Below, in pieces: positions 45,552 to 63,671 of a stretch of DNA of 64,000 bases. Numbering within the stretch: the stretch's first letter is position 1; each line of letters opens with the position of its first letter. The notes under the pieces are model-generated. The model saw nothing but the letters and a program-made list of their open reading frames with translations, did no database searches and was not told where the DNA came from. The translations under genes and the position numbers were made by a program. Source of the DNA: Dendrobates tinctorius (Eukaryota); contig NW_027361767.1 of assembly GCF_039654945.1 (NCBI RefSeq), positions 6,820,001-6,884,000 of the forward strand, written 5' to 3'.

Positions 45552-46775
45552 GTTTTATCCACATTGTTCCGCTCATTCTCAGCTTTTCTTGTTTAATGGA
45601 GGATCATTAATGTCAGGTCTAACCCCCCCCCCCCCCCACCCACCGGATCATAAAGGCCGAGCGTAAGCTATTACCCTCTGTTATCAGCCAGAGCAGGGAG
45701 AGGAGCAGAGCGTCGCTCTTACACAGTCCCGCCGGAGAGGAAGGTTATTGTGGGTGGGGGATATTCCACCCCGCAGGAAGCACTAATGCTGCATGTCGTA
45801 CAGAGGAGGGGGGAGGTCATAGAGGGGCGCACACGTGCATGGCCACTTTTGCGGGGGGCAAACGCCATTGCTGCTGGCCCCAATAAGCCGTACCTATTCA
45901 TTGGCAAAAAAACAAACAAAAACAAATCACTTATGGTGTTTGCTGCAGAATGAGTTAACTGAGAATCTATAAGGGAGCTCTGTAGGCTATGTGCATAAGG
46001 AGTTTTTTTTTCCCAGCAGAATCTCTTCCAAATCTAAAAACTCCTCAAACACTCAGACATTTCCACTCAGCTGCAGTGTGAATGCTCCTTGAAGCCATGT
46101 TCCCAAGTATTTTTTTGTTTTTTTTACGCCTAGAAAACTAGGAGAAAAAAAAAAAAAAAAAAAGCTAAAATTTGAGCTTAACGCTTTTTTTTCCATAAAT
46201 ACACAGTCAAGAGAGCCAATCTTGGCTGTAGAGAAAAAAATGCTGAGTGTGAACATAGCCTTATTCTTCATCTGTCTTTTCCTGAGCTTTTCCTACCCGA
46301 TTTATGACCAAGACAGAGTTCAATCTGCAAAAAAAAAAAAAAGCCTATAAAAGCAAATTGGGGAACATTTTTTTTATGAAATCCAACTTCATAAGTAATT
46401 CTAAAAAAAATAAAAAATAAAAATACCTTTTATATTGACCTGAATAGCAACACAGACTGCCCTCTAGTGGCAATAACTGGTATAAAACAATATGTATTTA
46501 TTCCTAGAGCATAGTGTGGTACGCCAGGCTGTGATAAAGAACAGACACTGCTCTTTGGCCGGGATGGTGCCGTTTCTATAAAAAGCCGCCATGTTTTCTA
46601 GTCGTGGACAGCCCCTTTCAGAACAGGTGTCCCATCCCCTCATCAGCTTCTTTCCACTGTAGAGCAGCACGGCTTGCGCTACAATGGATGCCGGTGTGAT
46701 CAGAGCCACGCTCCTCCAGCAATCTGCACCTATAAATACACAGCAGTCTGGATAGTATACAGCCCCCCGATCCCA

Positions 46776-49700
46776 TCACTGGAGGTCTTCACACATAACA
46801 ACCGGCTGGAATTTGAGCTCATAGAGTTTCTCGTTTTCCTCCGAGTGGAGATCATTATAGGCGATGGTTTTCATGCTGGGAGGAAGGTGACGGAACTCGT
46901 CTTCATTGATGTCAAAGTCCTTCATCTTATTCCTAAGAAGCCACCAGCGTCCGAAGAAGCCAACGTCCAGGACCCGGCCGGGAAAGTCCGACACGCGGGG
47001 CTGCAGGTGCGGGCACTGGGTGGTGTACAGATCGCAGGCCGGGTCACACGGAGCCTCGTACACCAGGGACAAACCCAGCAGCTTCACGTGTCGCAGGCGG
47101 CCCTGCTGGCTCAGGGCGAGGAGATACTGCACGTGGCCATCAGACGTCCCGCTCCTCGTCCAAGGCGAAAGGAGGAGAAGACATGCCGACGCTTCCAGGA
47201 GGGAGCACTGGAAAGAGTCCTCAGAGGGGGCTGTAGACGAGCAGACCCCCACCCCTGCCAGCAAGGACAGATACACCGAGGCCTTAAAGGGGCGCTCCCT
47301 GGCTCCCACTACAATATCCTTACAGGCTTCCTTATAATCACGCAGGAGGCTCCTCGTCCAGATAACTGAGGAAAAGCAAGAGAGAAAATAAGTACATAGG
47401 GGGCAGTATTACAGTAGTTATATTCTTGTACATAGGGGGCAGTATTACAGTAGTTATATTCTTGTACATAGGGGGCAGTATTACAGTAGTTATATTCTTG
47501 TACATAGGGGGCAGTATTACAGTAGTTATATTCTTGTACATAGGGGGCAGTATTACAGTAGTTATATTCTTGTACATAGGGGGCAGTATTACAGTAGTTA
47601 TATTCTTGTACATAGGGGGCAGTATTACAGTAGTTATATTCTTGTACATAGGGGGCAGTATTACAGTAGTTATATTCTTGTACATAGGGGGCAGTATTAC
47701 AGTAGTTATATTCTTGTACATAGGGGGCAGTATTACAGTAGTTATATTCCTGTACATAGGGGGCAGTATTACAGTAGTTATATTCTTGTACATAGGGGGC
47801 AGTATTACAGTAGTTATATTCTTGTGCATAGGGGGCAGTATTACAGTAGTTATATTCCTGTACATAGGGGGCAGTATTACAGTAGTTATATTCTTGTACA
47901 TAGGGGGCAGTATTACAGTAGTTATATTCCTGTACATAGGGGGCAGTATTACAGTAGTTATATTCTTGTACATAGGGGGCAGTATTACAGTAGTTATATT
48001 CTTGTACATAGGGGGCAGTATTACAGTAGTTATATTCTTGTACATAGGGGGCAGTATTACAGTAGTTATATTCTTGTGCATAGGGGGCAGTATTACAGTA
48101 GTTATATTCTTGTACATAGGGGGCAGTATTACAGTAGTTATATTCTTGTACATAGGGGACAGTATTACAGTAGTTATATTCTTGTACATAGGGGGCAGTA
48201 TTACAGTATATTCTTGTACATAGGGGGCAGTATTACAGTAGTTATATTCTTGTGCATAGGGGGCAGTATTATAGTAGTTATATTCCTGTACATAGGGGGC
48301 AGTATTACAGTAGTTATATTCTTGTACATAGGGGGCAGTATTACAGTAGTTATATTCCTGTACATAGGGGGCAGTATTACAGTAGTTATATTCCTGTACA
48401 TAGGGGGCAGTATTACAGTAGTTATATTCCTGTACATAGGGGGCAGTATTACAGTAGTTATATTCTTGTACATAGGGGGCAGTATTATAGTAGTTATATT
48501 CTTGTACATAGGGGCAGTATTATAGTAGTTATATTCTTGTACATAGGGGCAGTATTATAGTAGATATATTCTTGTACATAGGGGGCAGCATTATAGTAGT
48601 TATATTCTTGTACATAGGGGCAGTATTATAGTAGTTATATTCTTGTACATAGGGGGCAGTATTATAGTAGTTATATTCTTGTACATAGGGGGCAGTATTA
48701 TAGTAGTTATATTCTTGTACATAGGGGGCAGTATTATAGTAGTTATATTCTTGTACATAGGAGCAGTATTATAGTAGTTATAGTCTTGTACATAGGGGCA
48801 GTATTATAGTAGTTATATTCTTGTACATAGGGGGCAGTATTATAGTAGTTATATTCTTGTACATAGGAGCAGTATTATAGTAGTTATAGTCTTGTACATA
48901 GGGGGCAGTATTATAGTAGTTATAGTCTTGTACATAGGGGGCAGTATTATAGTAGTTATAGTCTTGTACATAGGGGGCAGTATTATAGTAGTTATATTCT
49001 TGTACATAGGAGCAGTATTATAGTAGTTATATTCTTGTACATAGGGACAGTTTTATAGTAGTTATATTCTTGTACATAGGGGGCAGTATTATAGTAGTTA
49101 TATTCTTGTACATAGGAGCAGTATTATAGTAGTTATATTCTTGTACATAGGGGGCAGTATTATAGTAGTTATATTCTTGTAAATAGGGGGCAGTATTATA
49201 GTAGTTATATTCTTGTACATAGGAGCAGTATTATAGTAGTTATATTCTTGTACATAGGGGGCAGTATTATAGCAGTTATATTCTTGTACATAGGAGCAGT
49301 ATTATAGCAGTTATATTCTTGTACATAGGGGGCAGTATTATAGTAGTTATATTCTTGTACATAGGAGCAGTATTATAGTAGTTATATTCTTGTACATAGG
49401 GGGCAGTATTATAGTAGTTATATTCTTGTAAATAGGGGGCAGTATTATAGTAGTTATATTCTTGTACATAGGAGCAGTATTATAGTAGTTATATTCTTGT
49501 AAATAGGGGGCAGTATTATAGTAGTTATATTCTTGTACATAGGAGCAGTATTATAGCAGTTATATTCTTGTACATAGGGGGCAGTATTATAGTAGTTATA
49601 TTCTTGTACATAGGAGCAGTATTATAGTAGTTATATTCTTGTACATAGGGACAGTATTATAGTAGTTATATTCTTGTACATAGGGGGCAGTATTATAGTA

Positions 49701-50041
49701 GTTATATTCTTGTACATAGGTGCAGTATTATAGTAGTTATATTCTTGTACATAGGGGCAGTATTATAGTAGTTATATTCTTGTACATAGGGGGCAGTATT
49801 ACAGTTTTGTGCTGATCAGTCCCTGTCGGAGTTGCTCGGTTGCACTCAGTGATCTGTCAGTGTCAGCCCTGTCCCACGTCTTCCTCCTATACTATATCGC
49901 CTACATCGTCTATGGCCACCACTCACCCATCTTCTTGTCCTTCATTCGCTCCCAAAACCCCGGCTTGGTTTCTGCAGCCACTGCAGTAGCAGACCCGGAG
50001 CACGACCTCCTGAATACGACTCCTACACATCTCCCGGCCAT
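46776..50041 (-). CDS. TIMM29: Mitochondrial import inner membrane translocase subunit Tim29, 234 aa, 2 exons
   Basis: Exons 49927-50041 and 46776-47365 (phase 1). Motifs SLLRDYKEAC, LLEAS, LVYEAP, DFPGRVLDVGFFGRWW, DINEDEF and LHSEENEKL match Tim29. Head-to-head with YIPF2; AATAAA at 46497-46502. Confidence 0.96.
47392..49804. repeat. 35-36-bp tandem satellite (about 67 units) filling the TIMM29 intron
   Basis: Unit tacatagggggcagtatta(c/t)agtagttatattcttg. Confidence 0.98.
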
Positions 50042-50436
50042 GTCTGTCCTACAACACCGGAGCCACTTCCGGTTTCCGTACACTCTCAGTCTGTGCATCC
50101 TAATACTTTTCCCTCCATGGAACAGTAGCCCTTTGTAGAAGTTCCGTTATTTTTGTGCCGGGAAGAATGTTCTATTTAACTATTACACAGGGAGGGTCCA
50201 TTTACTTCTAATGATCCATTTATTACCCATGAGATCTGCGGCGCTTCCAGTGGAGGATGCGGACTCTGTGTGATGCTTATAATTACCCTTATAGATGTAG
50301 GCCAGTGGTGGGATGGCGGTAAAGTCCTCCCCCAGTGTTATTGAGCAGTTGGTGCAGTCCTCGTTGTGGTGACGCGGCCGCTGAGCTGCTGGCAGTGCGG
50401 TGGTCACATGACCTGGGGCATGTCGCGCCGATGAAG
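50042..50436. promoter_or_regulatory. Bidirectional TIMM29/YIPF2 promoter
   Basis: Divergent ATGs separated by 395 bp; ETS ACTTCCGG 50065-50072; E-box GGTCACATGACC 50402-50413; YY1 AAGATGGCGGC overlapping the YIPF2 ATG. Confidence 0.8.
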
Positions 50437-56871
<6,435 letters not shown>

Positions 56872-57838
56872 CTGCCTGGCGGAAGAGACCAGAATGAGCA
56901 TGGCCTGTTGTAAGGTCTTGTGCGGTCCTCTGGAGGGCGCCGCACTCCTTATCTACTTTTATTTTTATTGGCTGAGATTATTTACTGACATATAGTTAAT
57001 TATTCTTAATAAAAAGATTTTTCTCATCTACATTCTGGCTATTGATGCCCTGCTGGCAGGAGGATCTGATGACAACCGCCTGGAATGGGCAGCCTCATTC
57101 TGCATGCCATATTGTGCCAATTATCGCTAGGTCGACATCAGGTTTTTATTTAAAAATTGTAGAACACCCATAGACTATATACATTCTGACGGTCCCCACT
57201 TAACTCTGCACTGACGTTATAAAACATAGATGCAAAGTGAATTGCTTGCAGGAGATCGTGCAGCTGTGGAGGCAGGGAGTCGGCTGTTAGACACAGACTC
57301 CCCCATAAAAGAAGAAACATGATTTATTACCAAGACTACCTTCTTGATCTCTGTATACATAGCCCCGAACTAGTGCTTAGGTATACAGTATAGGAAGCAC
57401 TGACAGCGCCTCATCCTCCCATACACAGCGGTCATGTGTGGGTCATAGGATACTTGGTTTGGTCTGCTATGCAGTCAGGAGACCAAATTTCCATTGTAAC
57501 TGGGGATAATATAGCAACCCCAGTTACAGAGGAAATCAACGGTGAAAGGAATGTTGTAAAATGTTAAAATGCCTAAATGAGGGCACAGTGCATAAATTAA
57601 ATGCAAAACACATAATATGATGGGCTGCGAGCTTTCCCAATCTGACACTGATACCCTAATGTGACAAATATAGAAGTGTTTTTTTTTTTTTTTTTTTTGC
57701 TACTACTACATTAAAATGAGTCTGGTTTGGGTAGATTTTCAGTCTGCGCTCCATCTTTACTCCAAAAACAAGTGTCTGGAGTAGAATTGAATGACATGCG
57801 TGATGTAAAAGCATGTTCACACTGGCCATAAAAGCAAG

Positions 57839-58352
57839 CAAAACCAAAGGAAAAAACAATGTGTGTATATACCCTACTGAAAATAAATAAGTAAAAAAGC
57901 AAGTGCATTAAATAATATAGGGTACTTGGTAAACACTATTTTGATCAAAAAAGTATAAAGCTGTCCCACCACGGCAAGGTGTACCCATTTGAGACAGTAA
58001 CTGCACTAACAGTTAAAACCTACCTAGTGTGAATAGTGTTTTTCTTCAGCATTTTTGTATTCAGTACAAATAGTGTGGCCTCCTTTCTACTGAGCTGTGT
58101 AGTTCACTTAGTCCCTCTGAAGCTGGGTGTCCGTTTGGGACCCGGAGACTCTGCCACTATTCACACTAGGTAGGTTTTAACCGTTAGTTACTGTCTCAAA
58201 TGGGTACACCTTGCCGTGGTGGGACAGCTTTATACTTTTTTGATCAAAACAGTGTTTACCAAGTACCCTATATTATTTAATGCACTTGCTTTTTTACTTA
58301 TTTATTTTCATTAGGGTATATACACACACATTATTTTTTCCTTTGATTTTGC
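57839..58352. repeat. About 200-bp inverted repeat with about 115-bp spacer (possibly Penelope-like)
   Basis: 57839-58038 is near-identical to the reverse complement of 58156-58352; direct repeat aaaaacaagtgtc at 57764 and 58354. Confidence 0.85.
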
Positions 58353-58543
58353 TAAAAACAAGTGTCGTCTGAAGAAGAGCGGATATAACGCTTCTTTAAA
58401 GGGAGTGAAATCAGAAAATGACCCGCTGCTTTAATCAAGCTTATGTTACATGCATTTTTATTTTTGAGAATTGTTTTCTAACAGATTGTGATTAAAAATA
58501 ATTAAAAAAAAAAAACCCTTGCAATTTTCTATAAATAACACTA

Positions 58544-60110
58544 CAGTCATGGCCAAAAGTTTAGAGAATGACACAAATATTATATTTTCACATGATCTGC
58601 TGGCCTCTGGTTTTTATGTGTGTTTGTCAGATGTTTTTATCACATACAGAAATATAATTGCAATCATATTATGAGTAACAAAAGGTTATATTGACAGTTA
58701 GAATGAGTTAATGCAGCAAGTCAATATTTGCAGTGTTGACCCTTCTTCTTCAGGACCTCAGCAATTCTCCCTGGCATGCTCTCAATCAACTTCTGGATCA
58801 AATCCTGACTGATAGCAGTCCATTCTTGCAAAATCAATGCTTTTATTTTGTCTGAATTTGAAGGTTTTTGTTTGTCCACCCATCTCTTGATGATTGACCA
58901 CAAGTTCTCAATGGGATCAAGATCTGGGGAGTTTCCAGGCCATGGTCCCAAAATCTCTATGTTCTGTTCCCTGAGCCATTTAGTTATCACCTTTGCTTTA
59001 TGGCAAGGTGCTCCATCATGTTGAAAAAGGCATTGTTGATCGCCAAACTGCTCTTGGACGGTTGGGAGAAGTTGCTCTTGGAAGACATTCTGGTACCATT
59101 CTTTATTCATGGCTGTGTTTTTAGGCAAGACTGAGAGAGAGCCCATTCCCTTGGCTGAGAAGCCACCCCACACATGAATGGTTTCAGGATGCTTGACAGT
59201 TGGCATGAGACAAGACTGGTGGTAGCGCTCACCTGGTCTTCTCCGAATAAGCCGTTTTCCAGATGTCCCAAACAATCGAAAAGGGGATTCATCAGAGAAA
59301 ATGACTTTACCCCAGTCCTCAGCAGTCCACTCCCTGTACCTCTTGCAGAATATCAGTCTGTCCATGATGTTTTTCCTGGAGAGAAGTGGCTTCTTTGCTG
59401 CCCTTCTTGAGACGAGGCCTTGCTCCAAGAGTCTCCGCCTCACAGTGCGTGCAGATGCACTCACACCTGCCTGCTGCCATTCCTGAGCAAGCTCTGCACT
59501 GCTGGTAGCCCGATCCCGCAGCTGAAACACTTTTAAGAGACGGTCCTGGCGCTTGCTGGTCTTTCTTGGGCGCCCTGGAGCCTTTTTGGCAACAAGGGAA
59601 CCTCTCTTCTTGAAGTTCTTGATGATGCGATAGATTGTTGACTGAGGTGCAATCTTTCTAGCTGCGATACTCTTCCCTGTTAGGCCATTTTTGTGCAGTG
59701 CAATGATGACTGCACGTGTTTCTTTAGAGATAACCATGGTTAACAGAAGAGAAACAATGATGCCAAGCACCAGCCTCCTTTTAAAGTGTCCAGTGGTGTC
59801 ATTCTTACTTAATCATGACAGATTGATCTCCAGCCCTGTCCTCATCAACACCCACACCTGTGTTAATGGAGCAATCACTGTAACGATGTTAGCTGGTCCT
59901 TTTAAGGCAGGGCTGCAATGATGTTGAAATGTGTTTTGGGGGATAAAGTTAATTTTCTAGGCAAATATTGACTTTGCAAGTAATTGCTGTTAAGCTGATC
60001 ACTCTTTATAACATTCTGGAGTATATGCAAATTGCCATTAGAAAAAATGAAGCTGTAGACTTTGTAAAAATTAATATTTGTGTCATTCTCTAAACTTTTG
60101 GCCATGACTG
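58544..60110 (-). mobile_element. Tc1/mariner DD35E (Traveler-like) transposon, apparently intact
   Basis: Perfect 39-bp TIRs (cagtcatggccaaaagtttagagaatgacacaaatatta); TA on both sides; 1567 bp. Confidence 0.95.
58721..59737 (-). CDS. DD35E Tc1-family transposase, 338 aa, uninterrupted
   Basis: Start MVISKETR; GRPRKT; FSDESPF; FQHDGAPCH; NSPDLDPIE; 35 residues between the second D and the E. Confidence 0.93.
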   Translation of the reverse strand: MVISKETRAVIIALHKNGLTGKSIAARKIAPQSTIYRIIKNFKKRGSLVAKKAPGRPRKTSKRQDRLLKVFQLRDRATSSAELAQEWQQAGVSASARTVRRRLLEQGLVSRRAAKKPLLSRKNIMDRLIFCKRYREWTAEDWGKVIFSDESPFRLFGTSGKRLIRRRPGERYHQSCLMPTVKHPETIHVWGGFSAKGMGSLSVLPKNTAMNKEWYQNVFQEQLLPTVQEQFGDQQCLFQHDGAPCHKAKVITKWLREQNIEILGPWPGNSPDLDPIENLWSIIKRWVDKQKPSNSDKIKALILQEWTAISQDLIQKLIESMPGRIAEVLKKKGQHCKY

Positions 60111-60233
60111 TAGGTCCAATTCTAGAAGCACGCTTGCTGTTTTTCCAGGAAAGCCACATAAACATTGGGAGCAATAGACTGACACAGACCCTATGTAGTA
60201 GGTAATGAGCCGGCTCTGATTAGGGCAAAGGCC

Positions 60234-60470
60234 ACTGTGAAGGAGGAGGAGGAGGAGGTGATCTGTGACATCACCTATTGTAAATGGTGGATCCTGTGTT
60301 ATCTGCTGTATATAGAGGTGTTATCAGTCATTGTACAGGAAGAGGAGGAGGGGGTGAGCTGTGACATCACCTATTGTAAATGGTGGATATTGTATATAGA
60401 GGTGTTATCAGTCATTGTACAGGAAGAGGAGGATGTGAGCTGTGACATCGCATATAGGGAGGGGTGGATC
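60234..60470. repeat. Short tandem duplication of a roughly 80-95-bp unit inside a MITE-like element
   Basis: Repeats of gaggaggtgagctgtgacatcacctattgtaaatggtggat...gttatcagtcattgtacagg. Confidence 0.7.
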
Positions 60471-60492
60471 TTGATATCTATTGCAATATGTA

Positions 60493-61749
60493 CAGGGGGT
60501 TGGACAAAATAATGGAAACACCTAACGTTTTGGCATCATAATCTTCGAACATGTTATAAACATGCAAACCGTGACATATGGTAATGTTTTGTAGTTGATT
60601 ATTAGTGAGATGTGTATGTAAATTAACTATTTGTTTTGCAGAATTGTAAGAACATTGATGAGAACCTGATACCAATGGCAGACCTCTCGGATTATCAAAG
60701 AGGCCAAATTGTTGGTGCTGGTATGGCAGGCGCTAGTGTAACAGAAAGTGCCCGAATGCTTGGCGTGTCAAGAAGTACTGTCTCCAAAGTAATGACTGCG
60801 TTTGAAAGAGAAGGAAAAATGCAGCAAAGCACAGGTCCGGCCGAAAGTCGAAGTTGACTGAGAGAGACCGTCGGACTCTAAAGCGAATTGTGAGAGAGGA
60901 TCCCAAGACCACGGCTCCAAAAATCGCTGCTGAGCTCAATGAACACCTACAGAACACAGTTTCCACGAAAACTGTTTGTCGGGAGCTGCACAAATCTGGA
61001 TTCCACGGAAGAGCTGCAATTCAAAAACCGCTGCTCTAAAAGACAAATGTTTCCAAGCGCTTAGAGTGGTGTAGAAACCTCCAGAATTGGTGTCTCGAGC
61101 AGTGGAAACATGTGATATTCTCAGACGAATCATCGTTTACCCTATTTCCGACCTCCGGACGAGTGTACGTTTGGAGACAGCCGAAAGAGGCATTCAATCC
61201 AGACTGCCTTCTCCCAACCGTAAAACATGGCGGAGGTTCTGTGATGATCTGGGGTGCTATTTCGTGGAGATCCGCCGGGCCAATGATCTCCCTTCATGGA
61301 AGAATTAACAGCTGAGATTATTTAGGCATTTTGGGCGACCAAGTGCATCCTATGGTTCAAGCACTGTTCCCGGAGGGGAACGCCATATTTCAGGATGATA
61401 ATGCACCAATTCATACAGCTAGAATCGTTAAAGCATGGCACGAGGAACATTCTAATGAAGTTGAGCATCTCATCTTGCCCCCACAATCCCCAGACCTCAA
61501 CATTATTGAGCATTTATGGCCGATTTAGAGTTTCAAGTTAGATGTCAATTTCCGCCGCCATCGTCGCTCAAAGAACTGGAGGGTTTTTTAACTGAAGAAT
61601 GGGCTACAATTCCTTTGAAAACAGTTCACACCTTGTAGGAACCCATACCTCGGAGAACTGAGGCTGTAATCGCCGCAAAAGGTGGACCTACACCATATTA
61701 AACTATTGTTGATGTTTCCAGGTGTTTCCATTATTTTGTCCAACCCCTG
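60493..61749 (+). mobile_element. Decayed DD36E Tc1-family transposon (second subfamily)
   Basis: TA-flanked TIRs cagggg(g)ttggacaaaataatggaaacacct; broken transposase from ATG 60675 (MADLSDYQRGQIVG) with FSDESSF and FQDDNAPIH...SPDLNIIE. Confidence 0.9.
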
Positions 61750-61859
61750 TATATGTACACTGACGAGCAAAAGGGTAACCATGTTTTGTCCTTCTGACTT
61801 TCAGGCTCCAGATCTCACCATCCATTACTGCTCACTTTATAGACCATCATCTTGGATAT

Positions 61860-63230
61860 CTCATACATATATCCTTAAAAAGCCAACCCTCGACCGAACC
61901 GCTATGTCCAGCTATCGCCCAATATCGTTGCTCCCATTCGCTTCCAAACTCCTGGAACAGCACGTCCACGCTGAACTTTCCTCCCACCTATCATCTAACT
62001 CGCTCTTTGACAATCTACAATCTGGTTTCCGCCCCCATCACTCCATTGAGACAGCCCTGACCAAAATTACTAACGACCTACTTACAGCCAAATCAAATGG
62101 ACAATACTCTATACTCCTGCTTCTAGACCTGTCCGCTGCATTTGACACAGTTGACCACTGCCTCCTACTGCAGATCCTCTCCTCCTTCGGCATCAAAGGC
62201 CTTGCCCTATCCTGGATCTCCTCATACCTTTCCAACCGCACATTCAGCGTCTCCCACACCACCTCCTCATTCCACCCTCTCTCTGTTGGAGTCCCCCAAG
62301 GCTCTGTTTTAGGACCCCTACTCTTCTCAACCTATACACTTGGTCTGGGGCAACTCATAAAGTCCCACGGATTCCACTACCACCTTTATGCTGATGACAC
62401 TCAGATCTACCTCTCTGGCCCAGACGTCACCTCTCTGCTGTCCAGAATCCCAGAGTGTCTATCAGCCATATCCTCCTCTCGCTTCCTCAAACTCAATGTA
62501 GACAAATCTGAACTCATCATCTTTCCTCCATCTCACAGATCTTCTTTACCCGACCTAGCTATAACAATGACATCACACTTTCCCCAGTACCAGAAGTCCG
62601 CTGCCTTGGAGTAACCTTTGACTCTGCCCTGTCCTTCAAACCGCACATCCAAGCTCTTTCTACCTCCTGTCGCCTCCAGCTCAAAAATATTTTTCCAGAA
62701 TTCGTCCTTTCCTCAACCCTCAATCTACTAAAATGCTTGTGCATGCCCTCATCATCTCCCGCCTCGACTACTGCAACATCCTTTTGTGTGGTCTGCTAAC
62801 ACCCTCGCACCTCTCCAGTCCACCCTTAACTCTGCCGCCCGACTAATTCATCTCTCTCCTCGCTACTCCTCCGCTTCTCCCCTCTGCAAATCTCTTCACT
62901 GGCTCCCATTCCCTCAGCGTATCTAGTTCAAATTACTAATTCTGACCTACAAGGCCATCTATAACCTGTCTCCCCCATACGTCTCTGAACTAATCTCCCG
63001 CTACCTTCCCTCACGTAATCTCCGGTCCTCCCAAGACCTCCTTCTCTCCTCCACACTTACTCGCTCCTCACCCAACCGCCGCCAAGACTTCTCCCGAATA
63101 GCCCCTATTCTCTGGAATTCTTTGCCCCAACAAGTCCGACTATCAACCAACTTTGGATCCTTCAGACGGAACCTGAAAATCCACCTCTTCAAGAAAGCCT
63201 ACAGCCTGCAATGACCCCACTACCTCCTTC
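61860..63230 (+). mobile_element. L2-clade LINE ORF2 fragment (RT domain), 5'-truncated
   Basis: [49 protein letters not shown] and YADDTQIY, followed by a frameshifted C-terminus. Confidence 0.92.
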
Positions 63231-63671
63231 TCTCTCACCACTACCGGTGAGCAGCCCACGTGACACAGTGCAGCGCGGGTAACACAAGCGCGCAGTTATT
63301 AACCTCTCCCTAGCCGCCCCTGCTGTATAGCATGGAGCAGTCCACAGCCGGCGCCAGCACACAGCGCTGTATAAAATGTACTTGAGTCCTCTCACACACG
63401 CACTGGGAGAAAGCTGCAACTGCTCCCACAGGACCTGCAGTGATGACGGTCATGTGGTCAGTCACATGGGAGGGAGGAGTGACGAGATGGGATGTTTATG
63501 TTGTGAAGAGGTTGTTGGAGTCTAGTCACAAGGGAGCAGCGCACTCCTCTCTAGCATGAGACAGGTGGGGCGCCGCGGGCCGTGTGTTTGAGACCCCTGC
63601 TATAGAGTCATTACACACAGAGTGATCTATGTCACGTGTTTATTTCTGTTAGTGTTGATGATTATGGCTTA

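Noticed and set aside
47338-48560. Long ORFs such as (MYKNITTVILPP)n and (YIGGSITVVIFL)n
   Set aside because: Translations of the 36-bp satellite inside the TIMM29 intron; open only because the unit length is a multiple of 3.
49910-50098. Extended TIMM29 N-terminus (MHRLRVYG...) in the ORF track
   Set aside because: It would run through the ETS promoter motif; the ATG at 50041 gives a presequence-like start of the expected length.
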